DNA from: Auanema rhodensis
Taxonomy: Eukaryota > Animalia > Nematoda
Assembly (NCBI GenBank): GCA_964057225.1
Contig: OZ059896.1
Span: 7,130,001 to 7,194,000 of the forward strand
Direction of reading: 5' to 3'
Length of the DNA stretch: 64,000 bases
The position numbers were made by a program, and so were the translations under genes. Below the pieces are notes generated by a model that worked only from the letters and a program-made list of their open reading frames with translations, was not told the DNA's origin and ran no database searches. Numbering within the stretch: position 1 is the first letter of the stretch; each line of letters begins with the position of its first letter. Positions 1 through 11,002 of this stretch are shown here, piece after piece.

Positions 1-554
1 TTCTCAAACATCTATTGTCCAGAGATGTTCTCAAAATGGCCAAAATTTTGATTTAAAGTTTTTTTTTGGTATTAATAAGTAATTTATTTCGTATAATATT
101 GAAAATATACATACATTTGTATAATAGATCAAGTTTGATACATTAAAGTATTAGCAGATGAAAATTCAAAAAGTTTTCATTCTTTTTTTATAAATAGATT
201 AGTTAATTTTTTCTGAAATGTTTCCCTTTCCATGAAAGATAAATGTTTTTTGTTCTAATTGCTCTACAGAAAGTGTGAAGATTGTGATCTCTGTTCTCTT
301 ATTATCTACAGACAGAGCTCAGCTCAGCAACTCTCTCCGCGACTTATTTTGAGATTATCCCTGAATAGAAACCCAATTCGTTCATTTCCTCTTAGATATT
401 TGGCCAGTTCATATAATTACACACTTCGATCACTTCAACTTTCTTCCATTTTCCCTTTTGGTACAGAAAACTATTTTCTATTTTATATTTTGGCAAATAT
501 TCATTCTTGTTTAATTTTTCTAATTTTTCTGAAGGACTCTAAAACTTTTCACAG

Positions 555-1614
555 ATGCCAATGAAATTGATTGTGGCTTATAAAACGCCTTGTTTGGTTA
601 GTTAATAATATCAACTTTAAAATTTATTTATATATTATAAAACATTTTAGACTGTACTATTATTTTATTATTTTATATGGTCAGTAATGCTCACAGAAGC
701 ATGTGTACCGACCAGAACTCCAACTCCTATAACAACAACAACAGTTCGTAAGTAAACGATATATTTAACTTTATATTTAACTTTGTTATTACGTTTATTA
801 TTTTTATATAACAACTAATCAAATATATATGTAAATGTATGTATCTTTAAGCTTCAATCACGACAACTACAACTCTTCCTGATCCACAAACAACAACAAC
901 AACAACAACGACTACTACTTCAACAACTACTACCACTACAACTACACCTGGAACAATCACAACAACAACTACTTTGATACCAGGAGAACGTATGTACAAA
1001 GCATTTTTTTATGTTTTCATATTTTATTATTTTTCACGAGCTTTGAATTTGTTGATTTAGTTCATGATCGCTAGTTGTCTTTCCATTTGAAAAAGCATAA
1101 TTTATCAAGTTTCAAATAACTTATTCATTCATATTTTATATAATCAATGTATTTTTAGACGTTTTCAATAATTTTTAATTTATTTAGAATGCGGACCAAT
1201 CATTGAGCAAACCTTAACCAGTTCGAATTTTGTTGATGGCGTATTAGATGTAACGTATGATTCTGATGAGTGTCCTACAACTGCTCTTATTAGTTGCCTG
1301 TATGTTTTAATACTTCTTTTTATTATTTTTAAATATAAAAATTATTATTACAATAATTTTGATTTATAGGAGTAATCCCATCTACGATTTAAATGCTGGA
1401 ATTGTTGTAAATGGCAATTTCTTTGTTGATTATGGTCTTCATAATGTTACAATTACAGGACGATATAATTCTACTGATGGTTTATGGTACATTTAAAAAA
1501 TATTTATTTATTTACAAATGTTTATATGCCTCATGATTTTCTTTCAGGTATGTGTCAGAGGAAAGACCCTTGGGAATAGAAACAATTGAATGCTTGTTGA
1601 CAGATCAAGAATGA
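555..1614 (+). CDS. Secreted Thr-rich (mucin-like) protein with a C-terminal nematode C6-like domain, 6 exons
   Basis: Phase-consistent GT-AG splicing gives MPMKLIVAYKTPCL/TVLLFYYFIWSVMLTEACVPTRTPTPITTTTV/PSITTTTTLPDPQTTTT...LIPGE/QCGPIIEQ...DECPTTALISC/LSNPIYDLNAGIVVNG...DGLW/YVSEERPLGIETIECLLTDQE*. It has a signal peptide, a poly-Thr stalk and AATAAA near 1639. The start could be 555 or 561. Confidence 0.8.
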
Positions 1615-2434
1615 CTTATAGGAAACTATTCCAGATTTAATAAAATTGAGATTGAAAAGTTATTTCTATACATATATATATATATCTCAGATTTCAAGCC
1701 TGGCTATCAATTTTTCATTTTATCGTTCATCTCAAAAATATTTTTATTATTAATTTATTTGTTTCATATTTATCTTGTCCAAGATTATGATGTTATTCAT
1801 TCAATAAAAGCCACATTTTGCTGAAGTAGATTGCTCAACTACTTCAAACTATTGTTACATTTCGGGTTTATTTATTTATTTTTCTCAATCTTATTGTATA
1901 TGTTGTTTAATATTTTAACTTTTCTTTCTTTTAATAAGTTTATATAATACGAAGTCTAATAAAAAATCTTTATTCAATGTTGTTTCTGACATCAAGAGAT
2001 AATTATGTTTCAACGATCAGAATCATTATAGAATTAAGACAAGATTAAACATAAGATGAAATTGAGATTGTCCTTTTATTTCGTTTTGCTCTATTTAACA
2101 AATTTTCTAATTGAAATTGGAAATGAAAAAAAAATGAAAGTGAATGACCTTCCTAAAAATAATAACTCTTCACCAATTAAAAGTTTATTCATTTTGTTTT
2201 GTATTAAGAAATAATCTGTTCACATAATGAAGTATTTTTCATATTTTTGCTGATAATTTTATGGATATTGTCTTTCGATATCGGAAATTATAGCTTTTTC
2301 CTTTAGCTAGATTCTCGAATATCCAAATCTTCATTAATTCATATAGTTGTTCTAACTATGATCATATATGGTAATGAGCTCAATTATCTTATGGTTTAAC
2401 TTTTATTACCACCGGAAATTACAATTGACTGAGA

Positions 2435-2517
2435 AGCTTAGATTCGGTTGCTCTAAGCTGATTTGCAAGCATTGGCTACCAACCAATGAGGGCCGAGCCG
2501 TTAGTTTATGAGGCGGG
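2435..2517. promoter_or_regulatory. Probable promoter of the homeobox gene: inverted CCAAT boxes, a GC box and inverted TAAGCT sites
   Basis: ATTGG 2471-2475, CCAAT 2483-2487, GGCGGG 2512-2517, and AGCTTAGA 2435-2442 / TCTAAGCT 2452-2459, all in a GC-richer island about 170-250 bp upstream of the ATG. Confidence 0.4.
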
Positions 2518-2682
2518 GCTTACAGGCAATGCTCATCCCGTCTGCCCTATTACGTGAATTCTGCTCTTCTCTGGTATCCCATCTGATTATCCGTATTCCC
2601 AGTGGAATATCATATAAAAAGAAGCTTTTGATACAAAAAGAGGTTATTATCAAGTTACATTTTCATAAAGACAGTATTAAAA

Positions 2683-5118
2683 ATGCGACTTGATCAAACT
2701 CAACAAATTCCTCAGAACCAGGTATTAGCTCAAGCGATTTTGACCAGTCTTCAACCTAAAGGTAATAACTTTTAATCGTGATTTTTATCGTGACTGTATC
2801 CTATTATAAATCTATTCATTTCTTTAGAATCGACATCCAGTGACGATAGACGAATTCGGAGAAGTCGAACAGCTTTTAGTGAAGAACAGTTAGAAGAACT
2901 TGAAAGGTAAGCTTATTTATGAATTAATTATTAACAAAAATGCTTTTTAGATCATTTCTTTTATGTGCATATCCAGATATTACTCAAAGGGAAAAATTAG
3001 CTAAAGAAACCCGATTACCGGAAGCTCGTATTCAGGTTTGTATCATTTCTAGTTAATATGCCAAATAGTTTTGTATCTTATTAATCTTTTACATATTTGT
3101 CTATGAGTTGTTGTAGCAAAGGCTACCGCAGATCATCTTCCTCTTGTCCTCTCCGTTGGATGCCATTTTACAAATATAGATACATATACCTAAGCTTGTT
3201 CACGAAATAAGGCCACTTCTTCCGGCCTCTCTAATCTTTTGTTAAGCAAACGTTTGTTCTTGATAACAACTAGAAACAGTCAGAAACATCTTGCTTTCTT
3301 TTCAAGCTTAACTTGTACATACGAACCACATATTTGATTTCTTATAACCAAAAAAATTATTTTTGAGTTCTTCTATATACCAGAACGAAAATCAGATGGA
3401 TGTTCAGTAGAAAACACTCAGTATTACAAAGAAAACATTTTTCTTTAATTCAATAAAATTATTTTGTGTTATTTATATATACATACATGTGCATATATCG
3501 TATATAGTATGTAATATGAATTTGGTACGGTAACTATGCCATAGATTGTTCTTCTGTTTACACTAGAACAGGTGACATGTATGATTATTGCCCACTGAGT
3601 AAACCGTGTAAATTAGCTTGACTATTAGCTTTTTGAATTTTCCGACGAGATATTTATATGAACTATTTTTTGGAATAAAACCGTCTGTCAATTCTTTGGT
3701 ATTAGAGGGTTTTCAATAATAATTTAAATTTTTAAATTATAACGAAATATATAAAACAAGCTCTTTGATATCTCAATCAATTTATACATTTAAAGTAAGT
3801 ATAATGAAGATAATTTTCCACTTTTAATGTATAAATGAATATGATTCATATGAATACACATGTACATATTTAGATGTTTACATAAATTTCTAATTCTAAG
3901 GCTCATGTCGGAAACTTTAAGTGAAAAGTGTCAAGTAGTGTTGTAATCTGTGATTTAAGCATCTTATAGTAAATAGAAAAAAAAGTTATGCAGAATCTAG
4001 TTTTTAAACAGATTATTGTTCAATTAATGGCCAAATACAATTTAACTTCTTGTACCAACCAAATTTCTTCGTGTCGATGAGAGCCGATCCGATTGTCAAA
4101 CATATTGATGAGCAAATGATTATTGTAGTCTGTATATCTCATATATATATATGTATCTCTTCAAATATGTGCAGAATAATAATAATAATTATTATTAATT
4201 TAAATTAAATCCTTATATTTTCTTTTTTTTAATTTTATATATTTATAGGTTTGGTTTAAAAATCGTAGAGCTAAGCAGCGCAAGCGTCAAAGGAATCAAT
4301 GTTCTGACTTAACTGAAGAATGTAATGAAAAAATAGAAGAAAATAAAAAAAATACAGTTATAAGTATGAATTAGTTATAACATTATGTTTCTATAATATC
4401 CTTCTTCCAGCTTGGACACCCGGAACAGCATTCGCGAATTTTTTTCATAGCCCCATGTTAAGTCAACAACAGTTTCTACAGTATCCACCTATATTATCTT
4501 TTCCAAATGCTCAGGTTTGTGAATAACTATGAATATCTATTTTAATATGAAAAATATTTGAGTAATTAATTTTGTAAATGTTTATGAAAACAAAAGAATC
4601 CGAAATCAAAGATCTCTCAGTATATTGATATTAGAAGCAGTTTATTTGTGCTCTAATTAGATGAAAAGGTTATAAACCTCTTAAAATGTAAAAAAATCAC
4701 AAAAGAGGTAAAATGGTGAACTAAGTATGTACTTGACTGCTCGGTAACTCTTTAAGCTCTTGGTTATTCCATGTTTCCATATATGTATGAGTATATGGTA
4801 TCCAAGAGTGTTGTAACCTGAGACAGAAACAAGTCATGTCCTCTGATGACATCAAATATATAAACAGATTGTTCTAATCGCTTAATATATAGTTAAGTAA
4901 CGAAGAATTAGATGATTGACTATTACATTACATGGGAAAGGCTGATTGTACTTATTTTACATTGTTTGTAGAAAATAGAAACATTTTTTTTTCGAAAATT
5001 GGTTTAGTTACATAACAATAATCTACAAAATCTTTTTTTCTTATTTATTCTTATATAATAATTTCAGTTTACTCATCTATCATCTTCAGTAACGCCACAG
5101 CTACAGTATAAAATGTGA
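2683..5118 (+). CDS. Paired-like K50 homeodomain transcription factor, Dmbx/CEH-53-like, 6 exons
   Basis: The spliced homeodomain reads RRSRTAFSEEQLEELER/SFLLCAYPDITQREKLAKETRLPEARIQ/VWFKNRRAKQRKRQ, with the classic paired-class intron between Q and VWF (3036-4248). RRSRTAF...LPEARxQVWFKNRRAK resembles Dmbx1. The protein ends ...PQLQYKM* at 5118. Confidence 0.88.
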
Positions 5119-5342
5119 TTAAAAGCTTATTTGTATGTTTTCTTTCTTTATTCGCGGGCATGGATTTTCATTTTTTTTAAAATTTGTATTTTAACGAGCA
5201 ATTCTAATGAATAAAATATATTCTTAATCTATTGTATATACAAACATATTTGGAAAAAAAGATTTTGAATATACATATTTACTACATCAATGTCGTTTAT
5301 CTACACAAATAATGAAAAATATATATTTCATTTTCACAATTT

Positions 5343-6583
5343 CTACTTCTTATCCGCACAGAATTTCATGCACTCGTTGTAAGTTTCGAAGTTATTTGGG
5401 TTACCGGCTTTTCCATAGAAGGTGAAGAGCATACAGTTTTTGTATTCCGTGTTGAAGAAGTATCTGTAATCACATGTTGTGCTCATTACTTGAGATTTTT
5501 GTTATTTTATAATGTTAAACAGGTTAAAGCTAGTTTGAGGATACAAGCTAGACTTGAAAAACCTCGATCCCGGATGCCCGGTAATATTTTCTGACCTTGG
5601 CTTATGTTTTCCAACAGTAGAGAAACGTCCTGCATCGTAGTTCAATACGCACAAATATTCTGGAATAAAATTCGTATATATTTTGGGTATTCATAATATT
5701 TATCAGAAAATAATGCCAATTTTTTTCTTTAGAATTTGCCTTGCTAATATTCGTCTTGTTGTTTGTTCTTAGATCTCAATGTGTTCGTCATTATTTTACA
5801 AAAATATGACTTTGGTTAAATTAAACCTAATAAAAACCTTTTGTGGGACAGCACAGATCTTTTTCGCATTTATATCCTTGTGGGCAATTAGAGCATGAAG
5901 CTGGATTATCAAGTGTTGCTCCTGCAGCGTATGCTCCAGATTCGCACACTCCTTGTGTTCCTTCTAAAATTGAAAATAAATAAAAGTTTAAACTAGTTAT
6001 AGTTTGAAGAGTGTTAGTTTAAGTATTGAAATCACATACTGCTTCCTGGGTGAGATGCGGCTACTTCACTATGTCCGTGACCGAGGCAAGTTTCTTCGCA
6101 TTCTGATCGAGAAGAAAAATTATTTAAAGATCCATTACATCCCTAAAATAGGCAATTACACTCTGGTTATTTGAATATTGATATTTTAAAGAATCAAACC
6201 TTATAATAGAAAGGTTGGCATCTATTGGAATGTTTGTCGAAGTAGAATCTTTGAGATCCCGATTCCCCACATGTACCATCTCCGATCGATCTAGCTAAAC
6301 AATTAGCAAAGTTTAAAAACAAGAAAAATATAAGAAAGTATATTAACTATTTTTAAATATATCTTATTGTTTTCTCTATTTGACAAAAATACATATTTCT
6401 AAAACTGAAATACGGCAGTTGGTTTATGATAACAACCAGAATTCATATTGAATTTAATTTTTCTGCATCACATTGTAACTTCAGTTTCACAAGTAAAAAA
6501 GGAAAAAGAAAAGTACCGTCTGTACACGGAGACTGTGCTGCAGCTAATGGAATGAGGACAAGAAGTAGAGCTGTTACGAACAT
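5343..6583 (-). CDS. Secreted protein with two BPTI/Kunitz domains separated by a Cys-rich (WR1/lustrin-like) module, 6 exons
   Basis: MFVTALLLVLIPLAAAQSPCTD/ARSIGDGTCGESGSQRFYFDKHSNRCQPFYYK/GCNGSLNNFSSRSECEETC.../...CESG...CSNCPQGYKCEKDLCCPTK/EYLCVLNYDAGR...PR/YFFNTEYKNCMLFTFYGKAGNPNNFETYNECMKFCADKK*. A minus-strand TATAAAA lies near 6792-6798. Confidence 0.92.
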
Positions 6584-7921
6584 TCCTGGAATAAAACAAT
6601 ACTATAATAGATTCAAACCTTATAAACGTCTCTCATAAATAAGCAAAGGATTAAGAATAAATATTATGATGATAAGGCAATAAATTAATAAAGACAATCA
6701 TAGATAGAACATCCTATTACTATCTACTTGTCGATCCTGATAGACTAGAAATTCAAACTAGTTTCTTTGGCACCTATAGTCTGCCTTGTTCTTTTATATT
6801 CGACAACATCGATCTTCTTATATTTGCTTAGAAGGAGTTACTATTTGATATAACTGAGGGCGGAGAAAAAATAATCAGAAATGTTGAAAAAGATGTCATC
6901 ATTACTTCAACAATTTGTAAAATGTTGAAGACAAAACCTTAAAACAAATCTTAATAAGTAAAATAAACAAAGTATCTTCTTTTCTCGATTATGAATAGTT
7001 AGAAAACGGCGCACATCATTGGTTTCTTACAGTTTCTGAAAGATCGAAAAAATGAGGAGAGTAAAGCAATCGACTAAAGAACGGCGATCAATGTGCTATT
7101 TGAACTGAATTCTTCAGTTATTTTGAAACATTGTCAAAAGTTCCATAACAAATCTATAAATGATGTCTTAAACCAACTTCTGTTGTAACATATGCATGAT
7201 AACAGTTAAAATCCGAAAGGAACATGTTGCTGACAAAGAAACATAAAAAGAAGGATGATATGAGAGATAATAACCTGTTTTATTTAATAAATCTTTATTG
7301 AGTCAGTTTGATTTTTGTTAATGTAAGCACGTAGGCAAACTTATACAATATATAACAAGATAATATAGGTTTAGTCACTTCATAACAGAAATCCGTAGAG
7401 CACCGATAGTGAAAATGATTATGATGAACATGATACAATTGAAATAATCATGTACGATGATATTCTACACGAAGTAATATTAGTTCGAAAGGAATGCGAA
7501 AAGATAGCTTAATCGGATATATACAGAAAAACACCCGATTATAAAACATAATATAATGAAAAGTTGGAAATCACTAAGCTAGTTTAACAGCACCTTTCCC
7601 TTTCTTCGATAAACTTTTCGATATAAAAACATAATGTACAAAGTATATATATACATATATATATATATTACTATATATTACTATATACTATGTAGACTTA
7701 TGTATAATGAAAAAACTATTCATAATTATACTGAAGTTGAAACTAGATTATGAAGACATCTAAGAGATAGCTAAAACAGGCACTCGTAGAACCCTAAAAC
7801 AGATCGGCAATCTGCCAATAAGATAATATAGGAAATCAGAAAAATCATACAGAGAATAAAACTTAAAGAAGAAACCCGTTTGACGTTCAACTAAACACAA
7901 TAACTCAAACTTTGTTAAAGT

Positions 7922-10306
7922 TTAGCTGATAATTTCACGAAGAGCACAATTGGACATTAGCAACTGCTTCAAGTCATCATCAACACTATCTAGTACACTG
8001 ATAATTTGTTTTACCTTAAGTAAATATTGTTTTTTGAATAATCAATTCAACATAATCATACAAGCATTTGTCTTTTCTGGTTAGCTGGATCAAGTTCAAC
8101 AATATAATCTCTAAGGCGCATCACTAGTTCTACTACTTCTACGTTATGCTTTGTAGAAAGAATAGATGTTCCTGTAAAACGAAATGTGAATCAAAATCAG
8201 AACATTTTGAAAGATCAAGCAAAATTAATTTATTAAAGTTACCTAAGTCAGCAGTGCATAATGCATCTACATAATGAACTTTCAATTGTGCATTAACATC
8301 CTTAGTACGATTTGATAGCCATCCAATGAATATGGAAGAAGCTATAAACCTTCGATAGAGACCTGGAAAAAAAGGTAAATTACGATGCTTGTTAACTATA
8401 ATCTTACCAGCCCAATCACCTTTGATACCACAAGTAAGACTTGGCCCAGAATCATCAATGGTGGTGAGAAAATCATCAGTTTGGAATGGACGTGATATAG
8501 GAACTCGCTAGAGCAAAACATATTAATAGTGGAGATAGTTAAAACTTACTCTAAAAGGAGACATTTCTTTACGGAGAGGCATCAATGTTGATATATATCT
8601 TTCTAATGGTATCATGAAACTTTGAGTTAATTCTAAGAAGTGCCTTCTTAAAATGGCACTTTGAACCTACAAGAAATTGCTTGAGTATATAATCTGAACA
8701 TACAAACCTCATCTGGACGATCTGACTTCATTTTCTTCTCAAGTCCTTTATCTCTATTTAAAAAAGATTTATATGTTGAATAAAGACCAGGTTTTGAATC
8801 AAGAGTGCGAGAATCCCAGCTTTTTCTAAATACTTGTTAACGTATGAATAAGCAATATTTACTAATTACCTCGCCTTGTCAACCTTTTCCCCAACACTTT
8901 CATATTCTGATTCATCGGCAATCTAAAATTATGAAAGATAACTTAAGTTTAATTGAAAAAAAATACTTTGAGAATGTGCGGCCAATGATCGAGAGCCTTT
9001 GTGAACAAAGGATTTGTAACTCCAAGAAAAACTTTTGGTCTAAACAATCTCATATAAAATTATCTTAAAAGGCGGAACTAACGGCGCTCTGTTTCTCGCA
9101 GAATATTCTTTAAACTCTGAATCGTGAATTGTAAAAAATGGACGATAATCGTTTATATTTTTCAAAGGAGCTATCAAGGAAACCAATGCTTGGACCGTTG
9201 AAGAACATACTGATGGGTTATTAGCGATTATAAGTAATGGCTTGAAACATAATAAATTATTTTTTAGTTATCAAAAAGATAAACCTCTCCAATCATTATC
9301 AGTTCCCATAATGTATGAAGATGCTTGATGATATGTCGCAGAGGTTGATATATATTAATTTGATCCACGCTGTGGATAATAATATTTGATTGTGAGTTAT
9401 CTTCTATCTAAAGTGAAACTAATAATTTAGTGATAATGCTATTTTCAACTTCGTGCTTGTAGAGCAACCGATCATATGGCATATCAGTTAAAGCGGGAAT
9501 TCTACATTGTATCATGCAGCCCAAAAACGGAAGAGAATAGGTTTCACCACACACGGGTGCAGGCCAACAATCAATATCATGGCAAGCTGAATAAATTTAA
9601 TATTAAGTTGGAATTAATAAACTACTTACCAGCTTCTACCGCTGGTTCACCGTTATCAAAAAAGCTCGGAGCCAATCGAGAAACAACTGTGTGGAAAAGG
9701 TTATAAAAGGGTAGTATAGTTAACAATACAATACTCTGAAAAGAGAAAAAAATTAGATTGCAGCTCGAATAGTTAGATTAACCTTCTGATAATACCCTCT
9801 AGGTATCGTGGGGTCTTTTTGCTGGCGAAAATGTACAAAACCATATAAATAACGAGGATCGAATCCAGTAGAAGGTGGTAAACTGTCTATTAATATTGTT
9901 TGTGCTGGAGTTATATGGCCAGTACTTCTAAAAAAACATATTTCATGAACAGAATATATTTAATATAAACAGCTCATCCAAAAATATTTTTGAAGAACAA
10001 GGATGCTGCAGATAGCTAAAACAATACAAAAATTTACAACAACAAACCTCCTTATTCTAAAATGATAGTAAGTATCGGCACTGTTTCCGCTATTAGAATC
10101 AGGAAACGCTAAATAGCAAACATTTGTTTTTTCGGTTGTTGATAATACTGCATCGCCAGGGTATATAATCTTCAAAAAATATAATTTAATTAATAAGTGG
10201 ATAAACATACTTCTAATGCTTGACCTAATTCGAGATCAAATGTAACAATGCAAATTGAATGAATCCACTCACGAAATCGTTCCCAAAGAATAAAATCTTG
10301 TGACAT
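7922..10306 (-). CDS. DENND6: DENN domain protein DENND6/FAM116 homolog (Rab GEF family), multi-exon
   Basis: The N-terminus [60 protein letters not shown]...YHFRIR is the characteristic FAM116 motif. Later exons include LGVTNPLF and [15 protein letters not shown]. The protein ends ...[18 protein letters not shown]. Confidence 0.9.
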
Positions 10307-11002
10307 TGCTAAATGAATGTATAAATAACTGATAAATGCATGGCTCTATCTAGAAAATAAGAAAAAACAAACAGCAAAAAATGGCACACATTCACAGAAT
10401 CGATACACATACGCGAGGAAACATGTAAAAAAACAAAACTAATATATAGCTATGCACCATGTTGCAAGGAAATGCTACGTTAAGAAACCAAGGATAAAAT
10501 GAAAACCAGTTCCAACGATTGGACTCTTCGCACCTTCAAGCCGCACTACGTCTGCATATTTAAGTTTCCCTTTAATATTTTAAAATTTGTTAATTCTATT
10601 GAGAATTATATTACCAAACTAGTTATTTTTACTTTATTTATAGCAATGAACAATGGTAGGACAAAAAGGCTAGGCGACCACCCAGGTTGCTAAACCCTCG
10701 ATATAGCGCGCTGATGCGAAAAGTCCTTTAACCGTCCGCCCAATATCCTCACAATTCAGTGGAAGCTTCAGGCGTATACTTAAATAAAAAAAACAAGTGA
10801 TGAGATATTCTTTATTGTCTTGCTTTATACAAATCGAAATACTTTAACGGTCAAATTGCAAATTAAAAGACAACAGGCAGAAAGATAAGAAAATTAAGAT
10901 GATCACTCGTACTAAAACCTGCACGAAGTTAGTTTGGAATTGTGAGTATCCAGAGATTTGATGTTATATAGCATAAATGTTAAGGAAATGATTATAAAAT
11001 GG

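Noticed and set aside
10719-10778. RNase MRP/P RNA suggested by GAAAAGTCC
   Set aside because: There is no complementary CR-V strand to form P4 and the block is too short.
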